64,000 bases of DNA from Octopus bimaculoides (taxonomy: Eukaryota), in contig NC_068984.1 of the NCBI RefSeq assembly GCF_001194135.2, forward strand, positions 46,547,731-46,611,730, given 5' to 3'. The notes beneath the pieces were generated by a model. It did not search any database, was not told where the DNA came from, and saw nothing but the letters and a program-made list of their open reading frames with translations. This document shows, piece after piece, positions 39,220 to 49,400 of this stretch; within the stretch, counting starts at the first letter, position 1; every line of letters begins with the position of its first letter. The position numbers and the translations under genes are program-made.

Positions 39220-39362
39220 GACTTGTCGATTACATCGACCCCCAGTGTTTCACTGGTACTTCATTTATCGACCTTGGCGGATTTTGAACTCTGAAAGCGG
39301 AGGCATAGGAAATACCGCTAAGCATTTCGCCAGGGTGCTAACGATTCTGCCAGCTCGCCTCA
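39220..39362 (-). mobile_element. SINE family A, internally deleted
   Basis: TCGATTACATCGACCCCAGTG...GAAATACCGCTAAGCATTTCGCCAGGGTGCTAACGATTCTGCCAGCTCGCC. Confidence 0.9.
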
Positions 39363-39372
39363 TTATTATTAC

Positions 39373-39427
<55 letters not shown>

Positions 39428-39505
39428 GTTGTTGTTGTTGTTGTTGTTATTGTTGTTGTTGCTTTCGTTGTTGTCGTTGTCGTTGTGGCTGTTGTTGTTG
39501 TTGTA
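39363..39505 (+). repeat. (TTA)n-(TTG)n compound microsatellite
   Basis: Read directly. Confidence 0.95.
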
Positions 39506-39699
39506 TTTGAGCGCGCCGTAAGTTGGGAATTTTTGCGTGTTATTGAAGGTTGTTTACTGTATTGTTTAACTGTTTTTGCTTTCTGAACCTCTTTTGCTGT
39601 GCAGAAGGGGTTCTTTTGTTAAAGGTTCATCCTGTTAGGGACGAATTTGGACGTTTAGTCCATTTTTACCAGAAAAAAATTGTGTTTGTTTTTCGTATT

Positions 39700-40779
39700 C
39701 ACGAAAATCAATATGGGATCTCTCGTGGAGGTGTGTGTTTCTGGTTGTTGTAACAGTCAATACACTTTTTATTTTCCCACTCTTCACAACACGAACAGCA
39801 CAAACAACGACGCCAGTACGAACACCACTAACAGCACCAGCACCACCATTAACAGGAAAAAGGAAAATAATAGAGAAAACACCGCCAATGCCAACACTGC
39901 CCGAAATATCAACAAGAACAACAAAGAAATTTCGAGCACAAACGCAAGACAAATCCAACACACACGGTTGTCAGAGAAAAAATAAGCGTCACATTTGAGA
40001 ACTTAAAACATTCAAAGAGGCCATTAGTGAGACAAGGCAATAATGTCACACTAAATACCCAACAAGAAATTACTATGAAAACCAACTGAAAAACAACAAT
40101 GTAAAAATGTATTTTTAAAAAGGCGTTGGAACGAGCAACACAACAACTAGAACTGATTCTCAAACAAATTTGAAATAATAAAGCGTATGTGACATGTGGA
40201 AAACGGAAGAAGAAGCAAGAAAGCATTCGACAGTGTCACTATGCTCCTGCTCACATATCTTGGTCTGAAATAAATATATGCTGGCTGATGGCAGCTATCC
40301 ACTTAGACATAGAGGACACCACCACAATACTGGAGACTCATAAATTGCACCAACAAAATTGGACTCGTTAGGAGTTGGAGCTTCTTGTACAAATTGATTA
40401 AGGGACCCTAAAATCAATACATAACTCAATAAACCTACCCGACGGCAGGATACTACATGTGGTTGCGGCGGGCAGGAGGCCTAAGTGTTATTATTGTGGA
40501 AACGATCAGCACCTCAAGGTCGGATGCTCTCCGCAGTCGACCTTGAAGTGCGTCGGATCCTACTACCGACACCAGAACCGAGTGCACCTCCAGTACTTCA
40601 GTAACAGCTGCAGTAAAAACCAACCAAAAATACCAACAGAAACAACACCGCCGTCGCCGCCTCCAGTCGTCGCCAGGGCATCACCAACACCAACAACAAA
40701 GACACCAGCCGGAGTACCAGTAGCATTAACACCACCACAAACAGCTACTATGAAACACAACAAAACCAAGGCCCTCTAA
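39700..40779 (+). mobile_element. Tx1-clade LINE ORF1 fragment
   Basis: ...ALERATQQLELILKQI...INICWLMAAI...QNWT..ELELLVQ...LPDGRILHVVAAGRRPKCYYCGNDQHLKVGC plus a P/T-rich tail, paralleling ORF1 of the 18.1-22.6 kb element. Confidence 0.75.
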
Positions 40780-42217
40780 CAGTGCAGCAGTAGAGCGGCT
40801 GGCCGCTCCGATGCAGCGCGTGCTCGCTCCCGACCACGCAAGTCACATCCAGCCGGTGCCCGCCCGACAACCAGAGCGCTCGGCCGACTATGCTGCACGC
40901 TTTGCGGCTCCACTATTCTCTCTCTCTCTGAGTCTTCTCTCCTTTCCCTCCTGCATCCGCCGGCGGCTGGCGCAACCAGCCATCNNNNNNNNNNNNNNNN
41001 NNNNNNNNNNNNNNNNNNNNNNNNNNNNNNNNNNNNNNNNNNNNNNNNNNNNNNNNNNNNNNNNNNNNNNNNNNNNNNNNNNNNNNNNNNNNNNNNNNNN
41101 NNNNNNNNNNNNNNNNNNNNNNNNNNNNNNNNNNNNNNNNNNNNNNNNNNNNNNNNNNNNNNNNNNNNNNNNNNNNNNNNNNNNNNNNNNNNNNNNNNNN
41201 NNNNNNNNNNNNNNNNNNNNNNNNNNNNNNNNNNNNNNNNNNNNNNNNNNNNNNNNNNNNNNNNNNNNNNNNNNNNNNNNNNNNNNNNNNNNNNNNNNNN
41301 NNNNNNNNNNNNNNNNNNNNNNNNNNNNNNNNNNNNNNNNNNNNNNNNNNNNNNNNNNNNNNNNNNNNNNNNNNNNNNNNNNNNNNNNNNNNNNNNNNNN
41401 NNNNNNNNNNNNNNNNNNNNNNNNNNNNNNNNNNNNNNNNNNNNNNNNNNNNNNNNNNNNNNNNNNNNNNNNNNNNNNNNNNNNNNNNNNNNNNNNNNNN
41501 NNNNNNNNNNNNNNNNNNNNNNNNNNNNNNNNNNNNNNNNNNNNNNNNNNNNNNNNNNNNNNNNNNNNNNNNNNNNNNNNNNNNNNNNNNNNNNNNNNNN
41601 NNNNNNNNNNNNNNNNNNNNNNNNNNNNNNNNNNNNNNNNNNNNNNNNNNNNNNNNNNNNNNNNNNNNNNNNNNNNNNNNNNNNNNNNNNNNNNNNNNNN
41701 NNNNNNNNNNNNNNNNNNNNNNNNNNNNNNNNNNNNNNNNNNNNNNNNNNNNNNNNNNNNNNNNNNNNNNNNNNNNNNNNNNNNNNNNNNNNNNNNNNNN
41801 NNNNNNNNNNNNNNNNNNNNNNNNNNNNNNNNNNNNNNNNNNNNNNNNNNNNNNNNNNNNNNNNNNNNNNNNNNNNNNNNNNNNNNNNNNNNNNNNNNNN
41901 CCGACAGCATCATCGTGATCAAGTGTCAAGGGTGGGTGCGCCGCTCTGGACCGGCCGAATGGGCACCGGCGGCCAGGGACCACGGCGGCTGCTGAATGCC
42001 GATTTTCGGCCCGACGCCCGGGTGCGACCTGTGATCGCGGCTTCGGTTGCATGTATTAACTCTAGAATTGGTACAGTTATCCACTCTCCTCGCGGTGAGG
42101 AATACGGTTCCGAGGATTAGGTCCGGTTCCTGAGCCATTCGCGGTTTCTTTTATGTTGTTGCATGTCCTTTAATGTTATTTTGTGTAAGTCCTTGTGACA
42201 AATAAATGAACTGATAA

Positions 42218-42220
<3 letters not shown>
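40780..42220 (+). mobile_element. Unclassified GC/CpG-rich insertion, probably a retroelement; interior lies in a gap
   Basis: Abrupt GC-rich sequence on both sides of the 40985-41900 gap; ends ...GTCCTTGTGACAAATAAATGAACTGATAAA followed by (ATA)n. Confidence 0.45.
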
Positions 42221-42278
<58 letters not shown>

Positions 42279-42280
42279 GT

Positions 42281-42323
<43 letters not shown>
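42220..42323 (+). repeat. (AAT)n-(TAG)n microsatellite
   Basis: Read directly. Confidence 0.97.
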
Positions 42324-42617
42324 CATATGAATAAAAATAAGAATACGTGTAATAACTTTTTAGTAGCTGACAATACATTGCCGAGCCTCATGTGCTGTAA
42401 AAATACTTGGGTTTAAATTGAAGTATAAAAATGGCGAAATCCATAGTTGAAATCGATTCTTGATACACAGGACAGAAAGTTAAATCGTTCGAGTACAAAA
42501 CTTACGTAATAGGGTGATGGACATTAGAATTACGACAAACAATACCGAACCGCACATTGAAATCCTCTTAAAATTTCTGCTCAAGATCTTATGTCACATT
42601 GTTGGCATGTGGAAATT

Positions 42618-42618
<1 letters not shown>

Positions 42619-42669
<51 letters not shown>

Positions 42670-42685
42670 ACTCTCTATCTCCCTG

Positions 42686-42737
<52 letters not shown>
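42619..42737 (+). repeat. (CT)n and (TATC)n microsatellites
   Basis: Read directly. Confidence 0.97.
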
Positions 42738-42864
42738 ATTGGGTAAACATTTGCAATTAATTAATATCAATTTAATACCATATATATATGGTTGTGCCGA
42801 TGCATGATGTTCACTCGTTCATGCATGCACAGTTTGCTAGCATCGTCGAATTTACTACTAGAAT

Positions 42865-42923
42865 ATCATACCGATGAAGGAAATTGAGTATTATTGCTCA
42901 TAATCCAGGAACGCGTCTATGAT
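42865..42923 (+). ncRNA. Type I hammerhead-like ribozyme motif (CCGAUGA core; GGAA in place of GAAA)
   Basis: ATCATA-CCGATGA-A-GGA...TGAG-TATTATTG-CTCA...TCC-A-GGAA-CGCG-TC-TATGAT: 6-bp perfect stem I, palindromic stem III ACGCGT, GUC triplet. Confidence 0.6.
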
Positions 42924-43073
42924 TAACTTCGAATGGTTAGTTTTCATTGTTTTTTCTTCTTGTCTTTGCCTTTGTGAGTTACAAATAATGCTATCTGTTG
43001 GAGTCTCAGCTTTTTTAGCTGCTATTTCTGAACCTCGGTATGTGGTGAAGCAAATGTTTGCTGATTATGTTTA

Positions 43074-43113
<40 letters not shown>

Positions 43114-43689
43114 AATAAGTACAAATACACAGATAGAAGGCATACAGTTTAATAATAGCTTGCAGAGATTTTCAAATAATAAAACACACAGAATATTTGA
43201 GAGTTAATAATAATACCGTGACAAACGATATGTGTGTTATATGAGAAAGACAAGTAAAATGGATTTTCCAGAAATTTTGAGGCTTTTTGCAGCAAAGTCG
43301 CATATTAATTTCAAAGAAGTATAAAACACAAATTCTCCTCAGTATTTATCCTGTTTTATTTCGGTTGATACCTTCTGCTGTGTTAATGCTCACTACTTTC
43401 GAAATCGTTCGAAATGACAACCAAACGTGTCTTTTTGAAAAGTCGTCAACTGATAATTCTATTTTATATCTACTATCAGAGGAGATTACTGCCCTAACGG
43501 ATTTATGGACTGCATGCATACGGTCGTTCATTCTTCTAAGGGAGAATTTTGCTCATGATTTTGCGCACTTTAATTAAAGCAAACTTTGCCTTATTCGATT
43601 TTCTTTTACTTTTTTTTAATCCACCTTATCAACGTTAATTTGGTTACTCTTTTTCCCCCCTTTCTTTCCTCGATAGACATAATTATCAT

Positions 43690-43970
43690 GCAGAACGAGA
43701 TCGCTGTAGTTGTTTGTTTTTTGAAAGGATAACAAATTCGACGTACAAGGATATATTAAAGATTTTCGTCATGTTTGTTGCACTCATATGGCATCGTAGA
43801 TTTGAAAGGGAAGGAAGAATTGCCGAAAATTTGGCTGATTGGAATTTGAAAAGAGAAACTGACGTTAACGCCAGCTGAAATGAAGTACTTTCGAACACAC
43901 TTTAAATCAAAAAGATGGCAAGCTGGGCCTGTATCGACTCTGCATTTGGAAAGTAAGAGATGTAACAACC
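43690..43970 (+). pseudogene. Possible decayed EF-hand pair
   Basis: KDILKIFVMF [frameshift 43777] LHSYGIVDLKG...ELPKIW..*KEKLTLTPAEMKYF...SKDGKLGL; similarity judged by eye only. Confidence 0.25.
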
Positions 43971-44554
43971 GTAAGAGTAAACTTTGTGAGTTTTTATACA
44001 CAGATTTCTTCTTGTAATAGACTGCTGATGTGGAAATCGAAAACATGCTTGCCTATGCAACTAGTAGAGTTCCTCAAAATCACCTGCATCCACCTGTCTG
44101 TATATGTACACATTAATATTCTTATTGCATTTATCCGTGAAGAGAATGCGCTTTATATCTATGGCAATAGTGTATTTTTAACTTTAATGAATTCATCTTT
44201 ATTAGTAAAGTTTCGATACATTATCAACCGTGAGCCAGGGAGGACGTAGAATAGTCGCTCATTCATATATTCACGCATATATTTATGTGTGTGTGTGTGT
44301 ATAATACTTCTCAATATCACTGAATATATCGTTAAGTTATAATAACAGAGTGATTGATACATGAACTTTGAATTTTGCGAACTCAGCATAATAGACATAT
44401 AAGAATACGCTAGAAAAACATACGCTGAAAAATGCGAATATCGTTCACTCAAAGGAGTTAAATTATACTTAGACATTTCAGTAGCTAGGATGAGTGACCG
44501 TTTGTGAAACATAGTAACTTAATTTTCTTACGTACATCTATATGCACATATATA

Positions 44555-45798
44555 TACACAGAAATGACAAATGTAAATAGACAGCCCATAAAACATCGTT
44601 TTCTGATTAACTTGAAACGGCTTATATTTTTTATTAACTGATATTTTTATGTTTCATTTTCTGTATGGGTCTGTTTAATCATGCCACGTACAGAATGAGA
44701 CCTGGAACTGTCTGAATTTCGAACAGTCTGTATTGTGGGTCAATCTGATGGAGGACTGAGCGTAAAATCGCAGAAAACCTTGAGATCCCGTTTTCCACAA
44801 TTAACAGAATGATTGCGCAATTCACCAGAGAGGAGAATGAGTCAATGTCCCCTCACCCAGATCGACTAGGGCCCTCTGACAGGACCCTTCACTTTGTTAA
44901 GAAAAATGTGGAGGTTAGTCCGTGTTGCAAGGCTTCAGACACAGCAAAACAAGTGGACGTCAGTTCCAGAATAGCTGTCAGGTATCTCCACAAACTTCGT
45001 GCTATGGTAGAGCAGCAAGAAGGCAGCCATTTTTTCGACCACTCAGTATCAAGTAGAGAAGAGGTTGGGCCAGTGAGATAGTGGAGAAGTCACTAGTACT
45101 TTGAGACACTGTCATATTTTCTAATGAGTTCAGATTTGCTGTATTTTCTGACAGCGGTCGACTGTAGGTCTGAACAATTCTTGATCAAAAAGTTGATGTG
45201 AAAAACTTGCAGGCAACAATGAAACACAGTGGCTATTCTATGATGGTATCTGGAGCAATTTGGAGCAGTGGTCGATCAGAGCTGAAGGAGTATGAGGGAA
45301 ACATAACTCAGATAAATATGTGTTCATGTAGTAGAAAAGGCTCCATGCATCTTCTCTAGCGCTGAAATGATTAAAGAAGACTTTGTTTTGGAAGATTGGG
45401 CTGCTTGTCACACAGCTAAAGAGACCTAAGATTGGTTAGAAGAGAATGGCATTGAACAGCCTCTATGACCAAGCAATTTACCAGTTATGGACCCTATTGA
45501 ACACCTCTGAGCATAATAGACAGGACACTTCGTAACAAACAAGAAAGCATCCTCAAAGCCAGATTTTTAAAATTACTGCATGGAACTTGGCGAGAAATTC
45601 TTCAAGACTCTATTCGTCATTTAATCGGTAGATGTCTAACAGGGACTTTGCATCGAAAAACGCAAAGGTCTTCTCTACTAAATATTAGATATTCACATTA
45701 TGGTAATTAATAAATAATTTGAAAGTATAATTTCAGATTTAAATAAATTTAAACGATTATAGACGTGTCTATTTACTTTTGTCTTGTTTGAATTAGTA
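44555..45798 (+). mobile_element. Tc1-family DNA transposon, decayed, with TIRs
   Basis: Broken transposase ~44697-45690: LSEF...IVGQSDGGL..KIAENLEIPFSTINRMI (HTH), GRAARRQPF, VIFSNEFRF, SGYSMMVSGAIW, FVLEDWAACHTAK, WPSNLPVMDPIEHLW. Imperfect TIRs TACACAGAAATGACAAATGTAAATAGACA (44555-) and TGTCTATTTACTTTTGTCTTG...GTA (45766-45798). Confidence 0.9.
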
Positions 45799-45900
45799 GA
45801 ATATGAATGGCATATGGGATATATGAGGATTAGTGGGATTATTGGTATTGGTAATACTAATATTATCATACGTCCCATATACCATTCATATTCTAGTAAT
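45792..45900. repeat. Inverted repeat / hairpin, 27/30-bp core stem
   Basis: TAGAATATGAATGGCATATGGGATATATGA (45797-45826) versus TCATACGTCCCATATACCATTCATATTCTA (45866-45895). Confidence 0.9.
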
Positions 45901-46254
45901 CATATCTACCTTAATTGCATCAATTTCAGAACTGCTTACCTCCCTTGCATGCAATCTTTTAACTAGTGTACAATTAGAACCAACACCGTTTGGAAATCGG
46001 TGTTGATTCAAACTCAGTGATCAGCTCTGACGAAATCAGTATGACTTTGATTTTCTGTAATGACTCATAATAATGATTTTTATACAACTTAATTCCACCT
46101 CAAATCATTTATTTGAATGTATATATCTTTGCTTTTATAAAAAAAAAAAATAGCCATTACTTTTATACCTAAATTGCATTTTCTTTATTTCTTTTTAATT
46201 TCCCCCTATTTATACCACGCGTAGTCTTTTGTTTTGAAACCTGTTTCTATTATG

Positions 46255-46295
<41 letters not shown>

Positions 46296-46958
46296 TTCAG
46301 TTAGTGGTAAATTTACAAATTTATATAAGATTTCTCGAGTTATTTGTGATTAATAAATAATATTACTTGCAACAATTGGAATTAAAAAATCATTTATTTT
46401 ATATGAAACTTTCTAATATAAGAAGGTTATGAGATTAAAGATATGAGATCGACTATTGTGAATATAAAATGTCTTCTACGCCTGGATTGATCTATCATAA
46501 TTATCACCATATGCCACTCATTCGCACGAGCATACATCATGTAATGGTAAAGCTATTAATACTATTAGTGTTACATACATCTGAGAACACATTTGTTTCT
46601 TATCACATAAGTTTTATCACCAATAGTAATGCAGTTAATTGAGTTAATACGTCTTTTACCACTAACGAAAGTAAACGACATTAACCGCTCTACGCTATCA
46701 TGAACAACATGTAATATTTTCTTATATAAGAGATGAAAGATAACAACACCTGGAGAATTTCCGTCTATAATTTAGTTATTTTAATCGACAAAACCTGATT
46801 CAATTTTAGTGACATAATCATTATTAATATTATTTGTTTCTATTTGATTTATTATGATGACGTCGATGACAAGAAGACAACGTCAACATTATCAATAATA
46901 AAACAATAACAACGATAACAGCAGCAGAAGCAGCAATAACAACAACAAAAACAACAAC

Positions 46959-47171
46959 CCTTTCTAATATGGTCACAAGGCCTGCAATTTGGGAGAGGAG
47001 GCCAGTTGATTAGATTCACCCCAGTACGCAACTGGTACTTAATTTATCGAACCCAAAAGGATGAAAGACAAAGTCGACCTCGCTGAAATTTGAGCTCGGA
47101 TCGGAGCAACGGGCGAAATACCGCTAAGCATTTTGTCCAGCGAGCTAACGATTCTGCCAGCTCACCGCCTT
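46959..47171 (-). mobile_element. SINE family A, full length
   Basis: Reverse complement of AAGGCGGTGAGCTGGCAGAATCGTTAGC...GTCGACTTTGTCTTTCATCC...GGCCTTGTGACC..AGAAAGG. Confidence 0.92.
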
Positions 47172-47479
47172 GGCAACAACAACAATAATAATAATGATTT
47201 CTTATTTAGGCACAAAGCCAGCAGTTTTGAGGGAAGGGAATTAGACGATAGAATCTAAGACATTATATGATGACAATTTATTTTACTAAACCCGGAAAGA
47301 AAATAGGGGAACCTGGGCTTAGTTTGCATAATAAGCCGGAGCAAATACGGCAAAGACGATATAATGATCATGAGAGTTCGGTGATGAAGGTGATGCTACT
47401 GCTGCTGATAATGATGATGATACCAGGATATACTTTAAGAAGAAATGAAATGTTATTGAAAGAAGGCTAAAGGAATGCA

Positions 47480-49147
47480 TGATCTGTTATATATATTCTA
47501 CGATGTGAAGAGTTCCATCCACTCTGTGCTGAATACATTAACTGAATTTTTTAACATATACTTTTGCTGCTTTCATTTGGTCCCGAAGTGTCACATTACA
47601 CACAAATTCACCTATAAAATACAATCTGGTACTTGTAACATTGTGCGCTACTTTCGTAGATTTACTTAATTTGGGCTTAGCAATATACTTTCAAGTTTCT
47701 TCATTCACAATTGTAATGTCACCTTCAGTGTCTAATGGCATTTTCAACTATTCCCATTTACGAAATTCCTCTTTGTTATATTACCATTTCCTTTCGACGA
47801 TATCTTGTTTATTCTTTTTTGTTTGTTCCAAAGTTTTATCACCTTGGTTTTACAGTGCACTTTATGTGTCCAATTTTCCCACAACAGAAACATTTCACTT
47901 TCTTAAATGGGCAGTTTTTTCTCGGGTGTACACCACTACATTTAAAACATGGGTTTGTTTCCTGAATCTTGATCCGTTTGTACTGTATTTAGTACACACT
48001 TTGCATCCGTATTGTCTGACGCACTTGTTTCACTTGAGAGGAATTTGTATGCTCACTTTTCTCTGTGTCTTGTCTTAAATTTACTATTCTTTCACACTCT
48101 TCTGATACTTGTAAGGGTACAGCTTGGTTATATTCCAGCTTAGCGAGAATTCTTTTTCTTACTTCTGTGTCTTTCTCTGCAGTTAGTCTCTGAGTAAATA
48201 TCAGGCGCTTGAACATATCTGGCGTTAACTCGTCCAGTTTGAAACATTCAAATTCTCTGTTAACTCTACCAGCATATGTAATGTGGTCCTCCTCATTGTT
48301 CTTTTCTTGGTTTTAACATTTCCAGTGTATATTGAACAATGAGTTTTTCTCGCTAAAAATTTTACACAATATGTCTATTGTATTTTTAAAGTTTGTCAGA
48401 TGGGTTTTTTTCGGGAGAACGTAATTGCTGTAGCACTCATGTTCTCCTGCTGTCAGCTTTCTAATAATTAGACGCGTTTTCATATCATCGTCCCAATCTT
48501 TGCACTTTTTATTGAAGATTTGTTCGTATCTTTTATAGTACGCCTCGTAGTTAACTCCTTCGTCTGGTTCATACTTAAACTCTATTATCGAATTTGCAAC
48601 ATACTCTGGCGCAAACATCTTACCAGCGTTTTCTGACGATTTGCACTTCAGTAATTACCGCATTTGTAGCTGTAATAGAAATTGTTGTTGTTGTTGCTTG
48701 TGTTGTTTTTGAAGTTGTAGCTGCTGTTGTTGTTGCTGTTGCTGTTCTATCAATTGCTGTTGTTGCTGTTTTTGCAACTCGTGCAAACTAGCCAACAAAT
48801 TTTCCATAATTTTACGGTTTGGTATACCGCAAGTTTCGCACAAAAAAATTTGTGAGTTTCGTAACTCCTTGTGAGTTTGTTAATTCTTCGGGCGTTTGTT
48901 AAATCCTCTTCAGTTTGGTAATTCCGCGTTGACGCTGTTGTAGCCCTCTGTTGGAATGCTATAATGCCCACTCCAGTAAAACAGTATAGTTAGTAAGACA
49001 AGTAAGACCGACCACGACTATCTATGATCGTCTCCTTCGTACTCTCTTCTCATACTGACACTGACTGATAGTATTCATAAAGACTAACACACACCACTCG
49101 TCACGTGGAAGGGCTGTATCATTGTTACTATTATCCCTATAATAACA
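47480..49147 (-). mobile_element. Gypsy-type LTR retrotransposon 5' fragment (LTR plus gag, zinc knuckles, decayed protease region)
   Basis: FAPEYVANSIIEFKYEPDEGVNYEAYYKRYEQIF...KTRLIIRKL...NYVLPKK...IFSEKNSLFNIHWKC, then FKRLIFTQRL...RILAKLE...EECERIVNL, and CFKCSGVH..KNCPFKKVKCFCCGKIGH. Putative 212-bp LTR TGTTATT...CTACAACA at 49147-48936. Confidence 0.88.
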
Positions 49148-49268
49148 ACCCATCAGTGGCTGAGAATTTCAGGAGTGAAAGCAGAGACCGATGGTTTCAT
49201 ATTGGTAGCATAAGATCAAAGCTTGCTTACCAGAAACTACCATCATCATCCTCATTGTTATTATTATG

Positions 49269-49400
49269 AAGGTGTTGAGCTGGCAGAATCGTTAGGATGT
49301 TGGGCAAAATGCTTAATAGCATTGTTCTGGTACTACGTTCTGAGTTCAAATTTCGCTGATGTCGGTGTTTGCTCTTCATCCTTTTTGTATCGCTCGATTA
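49269..49400 (+). mobile_element. SINE family A, 5' half
   Basis: GAAGGTGTTGAGCTGGCAGAATCGTTAG...TACGTTCTGAGTTCAAATTTCGC. Confidence 0.85.

Noticed and set aside
43346-43577. Overlapping 61-aa and 96-aa ORFs
   Set aside because: No recognisable motif; lengths are within chance expectation.
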